A stretch of 64,000 bases of DNA from positions 1 to 64,000 of the IMG/VR virus record IMGVR_UViG_3300042198_000079. The stretch is one strand, 5' to 3'. This DNA is from a virus. The position numbers and the translations under genes were made by a program. Below are positions 48,194 to 59,200 of this stretch, piece by piece (position 1 is the first letter of the stretch; the number at the start of each line of letters is the position of its first letter). The notes beneath the pieces are model-generated. The model saw only the letters and a list, made by a program, of their open reading frames with translations. It had not been told where the DNA came from and made no database searches.

Positions 48194-49111
48194 TTATTCA
48201 TTTAAAATTCCATAAATATCGATAATAGAACAGAAAAAGTTCAATTCTTTATCTCTTCTATTTTCATAATTGTTCAAAGTAAAATTTAAAGATCTTGCTA
48301 TTTTTAAAGATTTGATTTGATCAATAGACTCGTCTTCTATGAATTTAGTAACTAAGAATTCTGATATTTTTTCATATTCGTCAAACGAAGAAACAATATT
48401 AATCCATTTTTGACGAATTGTTGATAATTTTTCAATAGAAGTAGCCTTTTTCAAAAAACTATGAATAATAGTTGCTATTTCTTCGGTTTGATCATTTATT
48501 AAAAATCCACTCTCTACCCAATTATATGCCTTACGCATATCTGGGTAAATATATTTTAACAAATAATTTTTCTGATCTGAATCTAAAACGATATCTTCTT
48601 TTTTAAGATTTGATTCTATGATTTTTAAAAAGCTATCAACATCTGGTTCAATTTTTTTAGGAATAGTTCTAGATACAATTTCTTCGATAATTTTATCGGG
48701 TCTATTTGTAGTGAAAATAAAATAACACTGTGTTTTAATACTTTCTTCTAAAATGTCTTTTAGTGCTTGTTGTGCATTTCTTGTAAGTCCGTCTGCTTCT
48801 GAAAGAACACATAATTTAAAACCACAACCAAGGGTAGATGATTGCACAAACCTCGTAATGTTATCTCTAATCAAGTCAATACCAGTTTCTTTGCTGGCAT
48901 TAATAGAAAGAGTGCTAGGCAAAACTCCCCAATACTCTGACAAAAACATCGAAATTGATGTTTTCCCCGTTCCCGGTTTTCCGTAAAACATCAAATTTTG
49001 CTTTGTGTGATTTTTCATCAAAGATTTGACAAATTTCGATGTTTCTTCGGAAAATGCAAAGTCTTCAATTTTTTTCGGACGATATTTTTCGCACAGAGAA
49101 AGTGAATTCAT
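48194..49111 (-). CDS. gp44: Clamp loader AAA+ subunit, gp44/RFC-like
   Basis: EKYRP, GKPGTGKT, INAS, EADGLT..AQ.AL, SR and PDMR motifs. Confidence 0.9.
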   Translation of the reverse strand: MNSLSLCEKYRPKKIEDFAFSEETSKFVKSLMKNHTKQNLMFYGKPGTGKTSISMFLSEYWGVLPSTLSINASKETGIDLIRDNITRFVQSSTLGCGFKLCVLSEADGLTRNAQQALKDILEESIKTQCYFIFTTNRPDKIIEEIVSRTIPKKIEPDVDSFLKIIESNLKKEDIVLDSDQKNYLLKYIYPDMRKAYNWVESGFLINDQTEEIATIIHSFLKKATSIEKLSTIRQKWINIVSSFDEYEKISEFLVTKFIEDESIDQIKSLKIARSLNFTLNNYENRRDKELNFFCSIIDIYGILNE

Positions 49112-49125
49112 ATAAATAAGGATTA

Positions 49126-49737
49126 GTGGAAGATAAAATAAAAAATAAAACAGACACTTGGTTGGAAAGTGTTCTTCTCAAAGAGAATGAACACCAGAAT
49201 CATGAATTGTCAATGAAGAATTCTTTAGAAAAAAATAAAATACCGTTTGAAGGAGAAATTTCTAAACCAGTATCAACATCTGAATTATTAGGAAAAGCAT
49301 TGGAAAGGGCAGACCAATTTCACCAAATAATTCTACCTGCCGTCGAAGAAATGGCATATGCAGTCAGAGAAGATGCCGATGCAGAAAAAGGAAAAGCATT
49401 AGCAAATATGATAATGGCAGGACAAAAATGTCTCCAAACTTATGCAGATATTTATACAAAATTTGTTGAAGTTGAAGGTAGATTAGAATCGGAAAAATTA
49501 AAAGCAGAAGCAATAAAAAGCGTGAAAATAGGAGATACTATAAATATACAACAAAACAATGTTAGTGTAACTACTCCGGCAGAATTAATGAGAAAAATTA
49601 CAGAAGCAATGTCTTCTGGAACTTTCGATGTTGATAAATTGAAAATGCTCAAAGAGCAAAAAAGAAAATTAGACAGAGTTACTAATAATTCCGATAAAGA
49701 TAATGATATTAACATAGAAATTCAAAAAGATGTCTAA
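49126..49737 (+). CDS. Probable terminase small subunit
   Basis: Helical protein overlapping the TerL start; NIQQNNV..TPAEL motif. Confidence 0.6.
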   Translation: MEDKIKNKTDTWLESVLLKENEHQNHELSMKNSLEKNKIPFEGEISKPVSTSELLGKALERADQFHQIILPAVEEMAYAVREDADAEKGKALANMIMAGQKCLQTYADIYTKFVEVEGRLESEKLKAEAIKSVKIGDTINIQQNNVSVTTPAELMRKITEAMSSGTFDVDKLKMLKEQKRKLDRVTNNSDKDNDINIEIQKDV

Positions 49738-52087
49738 TAAAAAACCAAAATCAAAAAAAGTTTCTGAAAAACAAGAAGAAAACGAAGAAGAATCTCATGA
49801 ATTGATCATTCCTGAAAATGATATTTCTATACATGAAGTTTCTAAAATAAAATTTGATGGAGATGATGAATCAAAAGGTCTTCGTCATGGAATGTCTGGT
49901 GTTCCAGCAGCAGGAAAAGCAAAATATAGATTAGACGAAAACGATATGTTGGAATTGATGTTAATCAAAACTGACATTTTTTATTGGTTAGAAAATTATT
50001 ATTATATAACATTTATTCATCCATCTAAAAAAAGCAAAAAAATACAAAATGGCATAGAAGTAGAAATACCAATTAAAGTCACAGAACCAATTGCATTGTA
50101 TAATTTTCAACGTGAAATAATAAGAAAATTTATGAATAAACAGCACATGGTTACTGTTACTTCAAGACAGTTGGGGAAAGACTTGGCTTTAAATACACCA
50201 ATCCCAACTCCTAATGGGTGGACTACGATGGGTGAATTAAAACAAGGAGATGTTATTTTTGACGAAAAAGGAAATCCAACAACTGTTCTTATAACACACC
50301 CTATTAAATACGATGCCGAAACATATAAAATAACATTTAGTACAGGCGAAACCATTATAGCCAATGCCGATCATAATTGGTGGACACAAAGTAAAAAAGA
50401 AAAAAGAAAAAAAATATTAGGTTCTATGAAAACAACAAAACAAATCATAGATAGCAAAGACGAACATAGAATATATTTTCAACCGGATAATGAAGAATTT
50501 ATAAAACAATACAACTACAAAGTAAACAAAAGAAATAAATATATCTATATTACTAACATAGAACCAACAGATTCGGTTCCTATGCGTTGTATTACGGTGG
50601 ATTCGCCAAATAGCCTTTATCTATGTGGTAAGACAATGATTCCTACGCATAACACTACAATACTTGTCGCATTAGCAATTTATCAAGCATGTTTTAATGA
50701 AAAAAATACAGTTTTAGTTTATTCTCACATGGAATCGTCTGCAAAGATGATAGTTGGGAGAATTAAAGAAGCATATAGATTAATGCCAAACCACTTAAAA
50801 CCTGCGGTTAAAACTTGGGGCGCACTGGAAATTGAATTTGAAAATGGTAGCGTTATAAAAGCCGGACCAACTTCAATAAAATCAGGACACGGGGAAACTA
50901 TTGATTTGTTATTGCTTGACGAGTTTGATTATGTTCAGGCAGAAGTTCAAGAAGGGTTTATTTTGGGTATTATGCCCACAATTTCAACTTCCAGAGGAAA
51001 AATATTTATCTGTAGTTCTGCAAATTCTACCAGAGGATATTTTTATAAATATTTCCAACAAGCACAAAAGGGTGATTCCGAATGGAATTGGCACATGGCA
51101 TATTGGTATGACGTTCCGGGTAGAGGTGAAGAATTTAAACAAAAAGCAATATCGGAATGTGCAGGAGATATGAGAATATTTAGAAAAGCATATGAATGTG
51201 ATTTCGGAGCAACAGAAGATGTTGGTGTTGGACTAATGGCAGAACACGGTTTTAATGTTTTAAACAAAAAAAGAAAATCTGAAGCACTAAAGGGATATGA
51301 ATTTTTCGGAGAAGCATGTAAATTTTACGAACATCCGAATCAAGATAATATATATATTATGGGAGTTGATCCTGCTGAAGGAATAGGGGGCGATAATAGT
51401 GTTATTCAAGTTTTCGATTTTACGGATTTAAGCGACATAAAACAAGTAGCAGAATATGCTTATAACAAAATACATCCGTTGGAATTTTCTAATGTCATTT
51501 TAAAAATGGCAAAAATATTTGGAAGTCCTTGGATAGCAATCGAAAGAGACAAATCGGGAGCAATGATAATAGAAAATTTAATTAGAGAACACAAATACCC
51601 TAAACTTGTACATTGGGGTATGAAAAACGACAAGAAAAATTATTATCAAAGATATGGTATAAATTGTCAAGGTAATTCTAAAAAAGTAGCAATTACACAC
51701 ATGAGATATTATTTAGATACGGTTCATGCGGTAACAATTAATTCGCCAGATTGTTTAGACGAATTGATACATTTTAAAAGATTGCCAAACGGAACATGGC
51801 AAGGTGTGGAAAAAAATGATGATAGAATTACAAGTATGATATGGGCATTTAGCACATTACACGAAGAAGTCATAAACCAATGTTTTGAAGTTTTAGATAA
51901 AGATATAAACGGAAAACCATTGAAAGTTAGAGATAAAATAAAAATAAATTCTTGGCAAAAAATAGAATCTGGTAGTTTTTTTAGACCAATACCATCAATT
52001 AAATCAAACAATAATATATTTTCTATACATTCGGAAGATAAAAGATTAAATTATGGGAATTTTTCTGGATGGAAATTGGAAAAATAG
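49730..52087 (+). CDS. gp17: Terminase large subunit, gp17-like, containing an intein
   Basis: LYNFQ, SRQLGK/TT Walker A, LLLDEF, SSANS, W..VPGR, YECDF, GVDPAEG.GGD and NDD motifs. Confidence 0.95.
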   Translation: MSNKKPKSKKVSEKQEENEEESHELIIPENDISIHEVSKIKFDGDDESKGLRHGMSGVPAAGKAKYRLDENDMLELMLIKTDIFYWLENYYYITFIHPSKKSKKIQNGIEVEIPIKVTEPIALYNFQREIIRKFMNKQHMVTVTSRQLGKDLALNTPIPTPNGWTTMGELKQGDVIFDEKGNPTTVLITHPIKYDAETYKITFSTGETIIANADHNWWTQSKKEKRKKILGSMKTTKQIIDSKDEHRIYFQPDNEEFIKQYNYKVNKRNKYIYITNIEPTDSVPMRCITVDSPNSLYLCGKTMIPTHNTTILVALAIYQACFNEKNTVLVYSHMESSAKMIVGRIKEAYRLMPNHLKPAVKTWGALEIEFENGSVIKAGPTSIKSGHGETIDLLLLDEFDYVQAEVQEGFILGIMPTISTSRGKIFICSSANSTRGYFYKYFQQAQKGDSEWNWHMAYWYDVPGRGEEFKQKAISECAGDMRIFRKAYECDFGATEDVGVGLMAEHGFNVLNKKRKSEALKGYEFFGEACKFYEHPNQDNIYIMGVDPAEGIGGDNSVIQVFDFTDLSDIKQVAEYAYNKIHPLEFSNVILKMAKIFGSPWIAIERDKSGAMIIENLIREHKYPKLVHWGMKNDKKNYYQRYGINCQGNSKKVAITHMRYYLDTVHAVTINSPDCLDELIHFKRLPNGTWQGVEKNDDRITSMIWAFSTLHEEVINQCFEVLDKDINGKPLKVRDKIKINSWQKIESGSFFRPIPSIKSNNNIFSIHSEDKRLNYGNFSGWKLEK
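50180..50653 (+). mobile_element. 158-aa mini-intein in the TerL Walker A motif, class 3-type, starting with Asp
   Basis: GK|DLALNTPIPTPNGWTTMGEL...ADHNW...MRCITVDSP...PTHN|T; no endonuclease motifs. Confidence 0.9.
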
Positions 52088-52115
52088 TTTATAGTGATAT
52101 AAATAAAAATATAAT

Positions 52116-52832
52116 ATGTCAGATTTAACTCAAAAAGTTCAAAACACTATATTTGGAAATTTTTCTTCCAATAGTCAAAGATTAAACGAATCCGCAAATT
52201 TTTCCGTTGGTAGTAGCGGAAAAGTTGCTAGAAAGAAAAATAGAAAAGTTATGAAAAGAAGAAAAAGCATGAGAGAAAACCGTGGAAATATGGATATGTT
52301 CGATAGAGAGTTGTTACAAATAATGGAAGCATCTGGTGTCGATACTGATGAAGATATGGATTTGGGCTTAGATCCAAATATGAACAGAGGTGGTGAAAGT
52401 CGTTTTTCTGATGATGACAGTGACATGGATTTTGAAGACGAAGGAGATGAAGATTTTGAAGACGAAGGAGATGGGGATTTTGAAGAAGATGATGATTTTG
52501 AAGACGAAGACAGTGATTTAGGAAGCGCACAAGATATATTGGAAAAAATATATTACATGTTAAAAGATCATATCGAAGGCGAAGAAATGGAAGACGATGA
52601 TGAAATGGTTAGAGAATCCATGGAACGTGTGTTAAAAAACACCGGAGGAGAATTAACCGGACACGATTATGCAGAAACCGATTATGTTATTATCAAAGGA
52701 GGAAAAGCATATAAAGTTGCATCTTGCTCATGTGATGGACATCCTGAAGAATTAAGAGGTAAAAAAGCTATAAATTTAGACGATTTGGGTAATGCAGAAA
52801 CTGGTTACGTGAATGTTAAGCATTTATTTTGA
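52116..52832 (+). CDS. Acidic prohead core-like protein
   Basis: Basic patch then D/E repeats (DFEDEGDE); several LxE/MxE-S sites; TATAAATA upstream. Confidence 0.6.
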   Translation: MSDLTQKVQNTIFGNFSSNSQRLNESANFSVGSSGKVARKKNRKVMKRRKSMRENRGNMDMFDRELLQIMEASGVDTDEDMDLGLDPNMNRGGESRFSDDDSDMDFEDEGDEDFEDEGDGDFEEDDDFEDEDSDLGSAQDILEKIYYMLKDHIEGEEMEDDDEMVRESMERVLKNTGGELTGHDYAETDYVIIKGGKAYKVASCSCDGHPEELRGKKAINLDDLGNAETGYVNVKHLF

Positions 52833-52858
52833 GTGAAATAAATGTTAAAATAAACGCC

Positions 52859-52895
52859 AAAAAAACAGGGTAGAGGTTTTTCTCTACCCTGTTTT
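52859..52895. terminator. Bidirectional intrinsic terminator
   Basis: AAAACAGGGTAGAG-loop-CTCTACCCTGTTTT between convergent genes. Confidence 0.85.
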
Positions 52896-52925
52896 ATTTT
52901 GTAGTTTTGTAGTTTTGTTACTTTT

Positions 52926-53261
52926 TTACTTAGAGGCAAATCCCAATTTAATGTCTCCGTAATCTAGAATTGCTTTGTCTTTGCCTTCTAGAAAGCCTTC
53001 TTTAAAGGCATCAGAACTATTTTCGTCAAACATAGGATTTCTATTGTAGGGATTTTCCAATAGGGCATGATACCCTTCTTGATACCCCCTGATGTATTCA
53101 GGATCGAAAAAAACTTCTGGGGTTTCTTCTACTGAATTGTGCATTTCGATTTTTTTATTGTTTTCTAGTTCAGAATCAACAGTAACTAGATTGGATTTTG
53201 CATAAACCAAAACACAAACAAACATTACTGTGGTCGTGAATACGATTAGGGACTTGTTCAT
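52926..53261 (-). CDS. Small exported or membrane protein (start reassigned to MNKSL)
   Basis: Signal-like N-terminus; GYQEGY/GFLEG repeats. Confidence 0.65.
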   Translation of the reverse strand: MNKSLIVFTTTVMFVCVLVYAKSNLVTVDSELENNKKIEMHNSVEETPEVFFDPEYIRGYQEGYHALLENPYNRNPMFDENSSDAFKEGFLEGKDKAILDYGDIKLGFASK

Positions 53262-53269
53262 ATAAGAGG

Positions 53270-53297
53270 ATATTAGCACTTTTTTCGAGTTTGTCAA
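53270..53297 (-). promoter_or_regulatory. Early promoter TTGACA-N16-TAATAT with extended TG
   Basis: ATG lies 8 nt downstream of the -10 box. Confidence 0.7.
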
Positions 53298-53304
53298 GGA
53301 CAAA

Positions 53305-53568
53305 TTATTCAACATTTAAAAAACTTAAAAGATATTCCGGTGGTTCTTCTCCAGTTTCTAAAAAATATAATATTTCCCATTGGGTTTCTTCCATGAATTT
53401 TAAAAAAGGGAACATTTTATTTGAAACTCTTAATGCAAATGCATCATCTCCTTTTTCGTTTGGATCATGAATATTTGAAAATAAATTTAAACCTATTAAA
53501 AATGAAAGTTGTCTTGATTTTTTCAAGAGATCTTGATCTGAGGTTTTCACCAAATCTTTATAGTGCAT
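53305..53568 (-). CDS. Hypothetical protein
   Basis: 87-aa ORF with its own promoter. Confidence 0.6.
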   Translation of the reverse strand: MHYKDLVKTSDQDLLKKSRQLSFLIGLNLFSNIHDPNEKGDDAFALRVSNKMFPFLKFMEETQWEILYFLETGEEPPEYLLSFLNVE

Positions 53569-53583
53569 ACTAATTACAACTGT

Positions 53584-53611
53584 AATATATCAAATTTTGA
53601 TATTTTGTCAA
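53584..53611 (-). promoter_or_regulatory. Early promoter TTGACA-N16-TATATT with extended TG
   Basis: Read directly on the minus strand. Confidence 0.65.
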
Positions 53612-53617
53612 TACTGA

Positions 53618-54121
53618 TTATTGAAAATATAAATTTTCTGATGAAACTGGTATTTCAACTAAATTTTTTACAAATGGAATCTTTATATGAATTTTTTCAA
53701 ATTTTACAGGAAAATACAATGTAGAACCATTTTCTAATTTTTTATCTTCAATTTCAAAATCCAAAATACATCCTTCCATTACACCTTCTTCTTTTAAGAG
53801 ATCATTTAAAGAAGTTTTAAATGATTCCACATCGTTTGCACAAAATGTTTCTGATCTATATCTGTCTAGATATATTTTCCATATTGCATCTATTTTATTA
53901 GAGAATTCTTTAGTAGAAATTACTGTTGCGTTTTCTGCTGGGGTTTGATCTTTTTCATTATCTATTCCTTGAGATTTTATTTTACACAAACAAGAATCGC
54001 AAATAAAACTTCTTTTTAAGATATTTGTGTTGCTTCTCCAGAAGTTTCTATGTCTATTCCATTCATCCTCATTTAATGAAATGTCGTGTTTACAGCTATT
54101 GCATTTTAATAATCTTTCCAT
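53618..54121 (-). CDS. Zn-finger hypothetical protein
   Basis: CNSC...CDSC. Confidence 0.65.
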   Translation of the reverse strand: MERLLKCNSCKHDISLNEDEWNRHRNFWRSNTNILKRSFICDSCLCKIKSQGIDNEKDQTPAENATVISTKEFSNKIDAIWKIYLDRYRSETFCANDVESFKTSLNDLLKEEGVMEGCILDFEIEDKKLENGSTLYFPVKFEKIHIKIPFVKNLVEIPVSSENLYFQ

Positions 54122-54122
54122 T

Positions 54123-54500
54123 TTAATCTAAATCGTTATCTATTTTAAACCCAGTAGATGATTCTAATGGAGTCGTAATTCCAAAAGATTTTACTTCAAT
54201 AATAATAGAATTTGGTTCTCCGCATTTTGGATTTTTACAATTAAACATCATTTCTTCGTTTAATTCTATTACTTGATCGGAATTACAAACTTGACATATT
54301 GCACTTAAATTTATATTTCTATATGGAATATTTTTATATTCTTCCATGAATTGTTCAGATGTATCTAGAATATTCTCAGTTTCGATTTTTAAATTTTCAA
54401 AATCTTTTTTTAGAATATCCAATTTGAATAGAGAATATACAATATATGCGATAGACAATATAAAATATATTATAAATAATGTAACGAGTAATGTTGTCAT
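54123..54500 (-). CDS. Membrane-anchored Zn-ribbon protein
   Basis: N-terminal TM helix; CQVC...CKNPKC. Confidence 0.65.
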   Translation of the reverse strand: MTTLLVTLFIIYFILSIAYIVYSLFKLDILKKDFENLKIETENILDTSEQFMEEYKNIPYRNINLSAICQVCNSDQVIELNEEMMFNCKNPKCGEPNSIIIEVKSFGITTPLESSTGFKIDNDLD

Positions 54501-55423
54501 ATTGCTGTGAGGGCATAGAGTATTTCCAATTCGTCTAAATCATTTTTTTTATCGAAAACTTCTTTCCATATAAACGATTTTGATGAAATATGATTATCTA
54601 TCTTTAATGAATTACTTAGTCTTGTAAATTCTTTTTGGTCAAATTTATAAGAAATATTTTTCATTTGTTCCAAATAAGACCGCTCTTCGTCTGGACAATG
54701 TATTTTTGTTTTACTTAAATCTATCAATTCTACATTTTTCAAGATTTTTTCTTGATTTTCTATCGATTGTTTCGGGAACCATTCGTCCCAATTAAAAACG
54801 GCATTTTTAGATTTTACTGGACCGTAATCGTCTAGTCCATCGATATTATCGGAAATATCTCCTTTAACAGCTTTGAATTTAATAAATTGATCAACATTTT
54901 CTAATTTCGTATTAATCATGAAATTTTCATGGTTTACGATTTTCTTTTTCTGGAACAAAAACACAGAAACGTCTTCATTAATAAGTTGAAGCAAATCTTC
55001 GTCTACTGTTAAAACTGTTTTTTTACCCTCTAAAGTTTTACATAAATAATAAATTACATCATCTGCTTCCATGAAGCATGGTTGAATAACCGGAATTCCC
55101 AGAACTTTACAAAATTCAACAACATGATTTAGTATATCATATACCTGTGCTTTTCTAGCATCGTCTTTTCGATTGCCTTTGTATTCGGTCAACAAAGTTT
55201 TTCTATAATTTGTAGTTTTCCCAGAAGAATCTAATTGTTTGTCTAGAGTAAACCAAACTTTATCTGCATTCAAAGATTTGGAATAGTCTCTAATTCTTTT
55301 TAAGACTCTTATTAAGGAGGAATAGTTTTTTCCATCTTTTCCTAGAATTTCATTTTGGTAATTGGAAAAAACAGTGGAATATGCCAATCCATTTCCATCT
55401 ATAATTAGATTATTATTTTTCAT
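54497..55423 (-). CDS. 5'-3' exonuclease/flap endonuclease (T4 RNase H-like)
   Basis: LIIDGN, YRK..EYKGNRK, EADD, D.DLLQL and GD.SDNI.G...GP motifs. Confidence 0.92.
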   Translation of the reverse strand: MKNNNLIIDGNGLAYSTVFSNYQNEILGKDGKNYSSLIRVLKRIRDYSKSLNADKVWFTLDKQLDSSGKTTNYRKTLLTEYKGNRKDDARKAQVYDILNHVVEFCKVLGIPVIQPCFMEADDVIYYLCKTLEGKKTVLTVDEDLLQLINEDVSVFLFQKKKIVNHENFMINTKLENVDQFIKFKAVKGDISDNIDGLDDYGPVKSKNAVFNWDEWFPKQSIENQEKILKNVELIDLSKTKIHCPDEERSYLEQMKNISYKFDQKEFTRLSNSLKIDNHISSKSFIWKEVFDKKNDLDELEILYALTAI

Positions 55424-55429
55424 AGATGT

Positions 55430-55457
55430 ATTATATTCAAAAATCTAATATTGTCAA
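55430..55457 (-). promoter_or_regulatory. Early promoter TTGACA-N16-TATAAT-N6-ATG
   Basis: Perfect consensus hexamers, leaderless geometry. Confidence 0.85.
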
Positions 55458-55484
55458 TAAAAAAAATTTAGTATAATTAAATAT

Positions 55485-56237
55485 ATGACAGAAAAAGACA
55501 CCGGAGAGGCTCATCATAAAAAAAAGGACAATTGGAGATACGGGAGAAATTTATATTCCGATATTCGAAATTTAACATCTAGAACTAGTCAATTAGATAT
55601 TGAAAAAAGTATTGACATTTTAATTGAGAAAACATTATTAGTTAAAAAACCCGGCCAAATAAAACAAATATATACAGCATGGGATACTGTTTCTAATGAT
55701 AATAGAATTAAGCCGTATTTAGAACAAAAATATCCAGAAATATTAAAAAGACCAGCATCAAGTGCTTCAACAGATACCGTAAATTCAAAAAATATTCCAG
55801 CAAAAATAAGAGGACAAGCTGGAGTTGTTAAAGAAGTTTCAACTAAACAAAAAAAACAATTTAATAATAAATGGTTTGAAGTTACTTTAAATAATTTATC
55901 TACTGCTGGTTCTATAATGGAATTAATGAATATGTCAGATGCAGACTGGGACGGTTCTTGTGCCCAACTAGGACTAGAAGTTGCACACGGTTTATTTGGA
56001 AAAAAAGATGTAAATGGTGTTGGTTTATGGGATTCGTTTAAAGAATTATTTAAAAAAGACGAAGAACAAGAAAATCAACAAAAACCTTTAACAAAACAAT
56101 CGAGATCAGAAGAAGGAACAGAGGTAGTGTATGAAAATGTTAATAGTGAAGTTGTGATGATTGCTACCTCGAACGGGACACTCATGGGAAAAACAGTATC
56201 AGAAGCAGAAAAGAGTAGTAGTTCTGAATTAATCTGA
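55485..56237 (+). CDS. Hypothetical protein upstream of the baseplate hub gene
   Basis: 250-aa ORF. Confidence 0.65.
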   Translation: MTEKDTGEAHHKKKDNWRYGRNLYSDIRNLTSRTSQLDIEKSIDILIEKTLLVKKPGQIKQIYTAWDTVSNDNRIKPYLEQKYPEILKRPASSASTDTVNSKNIPAKIRGQAGVVKEVSTKQKKQFNNKWFEVTLNNLSTAGSIMELMNMSDADWDGSCAQLGLEVAHGLFGKKDVNGVGLWDSFKELFKKDEEQENQQKPLTKQSRSEEGTEVVYENVNSEVVMIATSNGTLMGKTVSEAEKSSSSELI

Positions 56238-56295
56238 AATTGAATGCTCCAAGTGATAATCCAACATTTGAACCATCTAATGAACAATAAACAAT

Positions 56296-59200
56296 ATGAA
56301 ATCTAATAAAAAATGGCCATGTATAGGAAGAGTTATACAAGCTAACTTAAACGGAACGGTAAATGTTGCAATTCCCGGTTGGAACATGGGAAATGGTCCT
56401 GAAGAAACTGCTTTGTTTTATTCTGAATGGACAACAGATCCAAGAACCATGAAAGCTTGGCAAGATATAATTGCTACCGGAAATTCGCTTGCATTTGTTA
56501 TGTCTCCTTTAAACGGAGGGGCAGGACCATCATATTATGGAACATCTGGTGGTGGTTATAGTGCCGATCCTAATAGTGATTATAGAGCACGGAACGGAGG
56601 AGACCCATTTTCTAATACAAATGGCGATCCCGGAATGCCAACAGATGCTAATGGTAATATATTAATAGAAGATTTTTATGCGGCAGCATTACAAAAAATT
56701 CAAAATTCTTCATTAAATGGGTTTTCGCCAGAAGATGGTGGAAATTACGGTATAAACGGAACTCCACAATCATGGGCATCTTTTATGACAAGAATGGCAT
56801 GGGCGGAATCTGGTACCACTATCGGAAATAAAGGATATGTTAGACCGTACATTGTTGGTGATGAGGGTAGATCTTATGGTGTTTTACAATTTGGTATAGG
56901 CCAAGGAAACACTGGAATAACACCACAAAATTGGAGAAACGCCCCTAGCCAAATTGATGCTTTTATACGATTTACAGAATCATGGGTTAAAAATGATAGT
57001 AAGTATATAAATCCTCCTTTTCCAGTTAAAGCAAAACGATATAAAGGTTGGGGAGGACTTGGATCGACATTTGGGCCGATACGAACAAATGTCGTAAATA
57101 CAAAACCGTTACCTCCAAACTACAAACAAAGAGGAGAATATGCAGATGTAGTAGCACAAAGTACAGAAAATAATAGAAAGTCTAGACTTACATATGACAA
57201 TAATCAAACGGAAACAGAAAAATATTTTTCTGATTTGGCTAACAATAAGGCCTCTTGCAACGAAAGTAATTGTGGAGAAGCAATAGGAGAACAGTTTTTC
57301 ATAAAACCGGGAGACGTTTATAGTCATAATAAAATATACGATGCTAAATTTGATACTTCTAGCGACACTAGAGCTTCGTCTTCATATGATGAAACACGAT
57401 TAAAAAAATTACTGGATGGTTCAGATCAATTTATAATTTTTAGAAGAACATTAGAAAATTCTAATGATCACGGAGTATTTAAAACCGGAAGAGTTATATC
57501 AAGCGGAACTTTTGACGGAAAACCTTGGGTAAAGATAAGAGCAGTTGGTGCCTATCAAGGAAATGGTAAACTTTATACTTCGCGAGACAGAGTATTAACA
57601 ACAGCAAGAGGATATGGGGGTCAAAGTGTTCCGGGTGTAGGCAATGTATATACTCTTGAAAGAGTTCATAATTTCTCAGATATAAAACCAAATAGATTAA
57701 ACTATCCGAATACTTATAGCGCAAAAGCAGAACCGTCAATAGAAAGTGCCAATTCAACTTCTAATTCTTCCGGTCCAACCCCAATGTCACCAAACTTTGC
57801 GGCGCATGTTGAACATTTCCCGGCAGCAAATGGATCATTTTCCCTTCCTTCGTTGGGGTCATATGTTATTTTAAATTTATTAGACGGTATGACAATTCCT
57901 ATAGTCATGGGATATTTCATGGGAGCAGCAGAATCTACAAATGTTCTTGGAAGTTTTCCAGTAAATGAAACAGATGGAACTCCAGCAGGTGTTGCTGTGG
58001 AATCAAATCAATTAGCAAATGATAATTTATTTGCTTCGCCCGCATTCAATACAAATGTTCTTGGAAGTTTTCTAGTAAATGAAACAGATGGAACTTCAGC
58101 AGGTGTTGCTTCGGAATCAAATCAATTAGCAAATAATACTTTATTTGCTCCGCCCGAATTCTATACAAATGAAGCGCTGTATACGAGTGCAACGAGTTCT
58201 TTTTCTGATTATCTTGTAATAGATTATAATCAACGGAACGTAGGTACTACCAACGGAAACCATATATTATATAATACGCTAAAAGGTTTTTTTTCTTTCA
58301 GTGGCATAACAGGAGAAGAAAAAATGATTTTGAAAGGTGCGCTCCAAAATATTCTAAGATTAGATAACGATGGATGGCAGCAATATGCTCAAAATTATTT
58401 TTCTAGAGTTCCCGGTCTTGCAAATAGCACATTCGGAACAATATATGAAAATATAAAAAACTCAAAAAATACTAGTAACGAAGGATTTTCTACAAACGAA
58501 TCTTCTAACAGAATAGCACATATTGCACAACAAACAATGTTAGATATTTATGCACAGGCACATCAAATTGCTTCTCAATTTGATATTAATCGTTTAAATG
58601 GGCAACATCCAGATTGTCCAGTATGTAAAAAAGGAACATATCAAAGTGAATCTTTTACTTCTGTGGGAGGAATTTCTTCGTTCCCGCCTCAAGCAAGTTC
58701 TTCTGGAGAAGTGAATAGTGGTCTTATTAACAGCGTAATAAAATTTGGATACAAAATCTTTAAACCAGATACCGCAGGATGTTATACTTGTAGAGGTACT
58801 GGACGTTCTCCTGCATCCGAAGGCGGAAGATACCCTAATATGGTATCTCAAAAACAAAAAGATATGGAAAAAATTTATGAAGACAATAAAGAAATTTTAA
58901 AACAAATGAGAGATACAATTAATAACAGTGGGGGACATGGAAATTATGCACATGCTGGAAATATATATATTGGATCAGGACTTGCTTCTTTTGATTTTGA
59001 TTTCCCCTCGTTTAGAGTTGACGAAGTAGGTAAATTATCTGTTGTGGGTTTAACTTCAGGAATAAATGGATTAAATCCGAATGCTATTGCTGTTCCTTTA
59101 GTAGAACCTGTTGAGGTTCCTGATCCGGGCTTCGGAAATGTAAGTATAGTTGGTAATAGAAGCATTTCTATTAATTCTGGATCTGGCGGATTCAATTTAT

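Noticed and set aside
48780-48815. Clamp loader Walker B reads LSEAD rather than DEAD; possible inactive ATPase
   Set aside because: A single substitution with the catalytic Glu and other motifs intact; not enough to claim loss of function
57936-58171. DGR template/variable repeat pair
   Set aside because: The copies are tandem and in frame, differences are not restricted to adenines, and no reverse transcriptase is in the window
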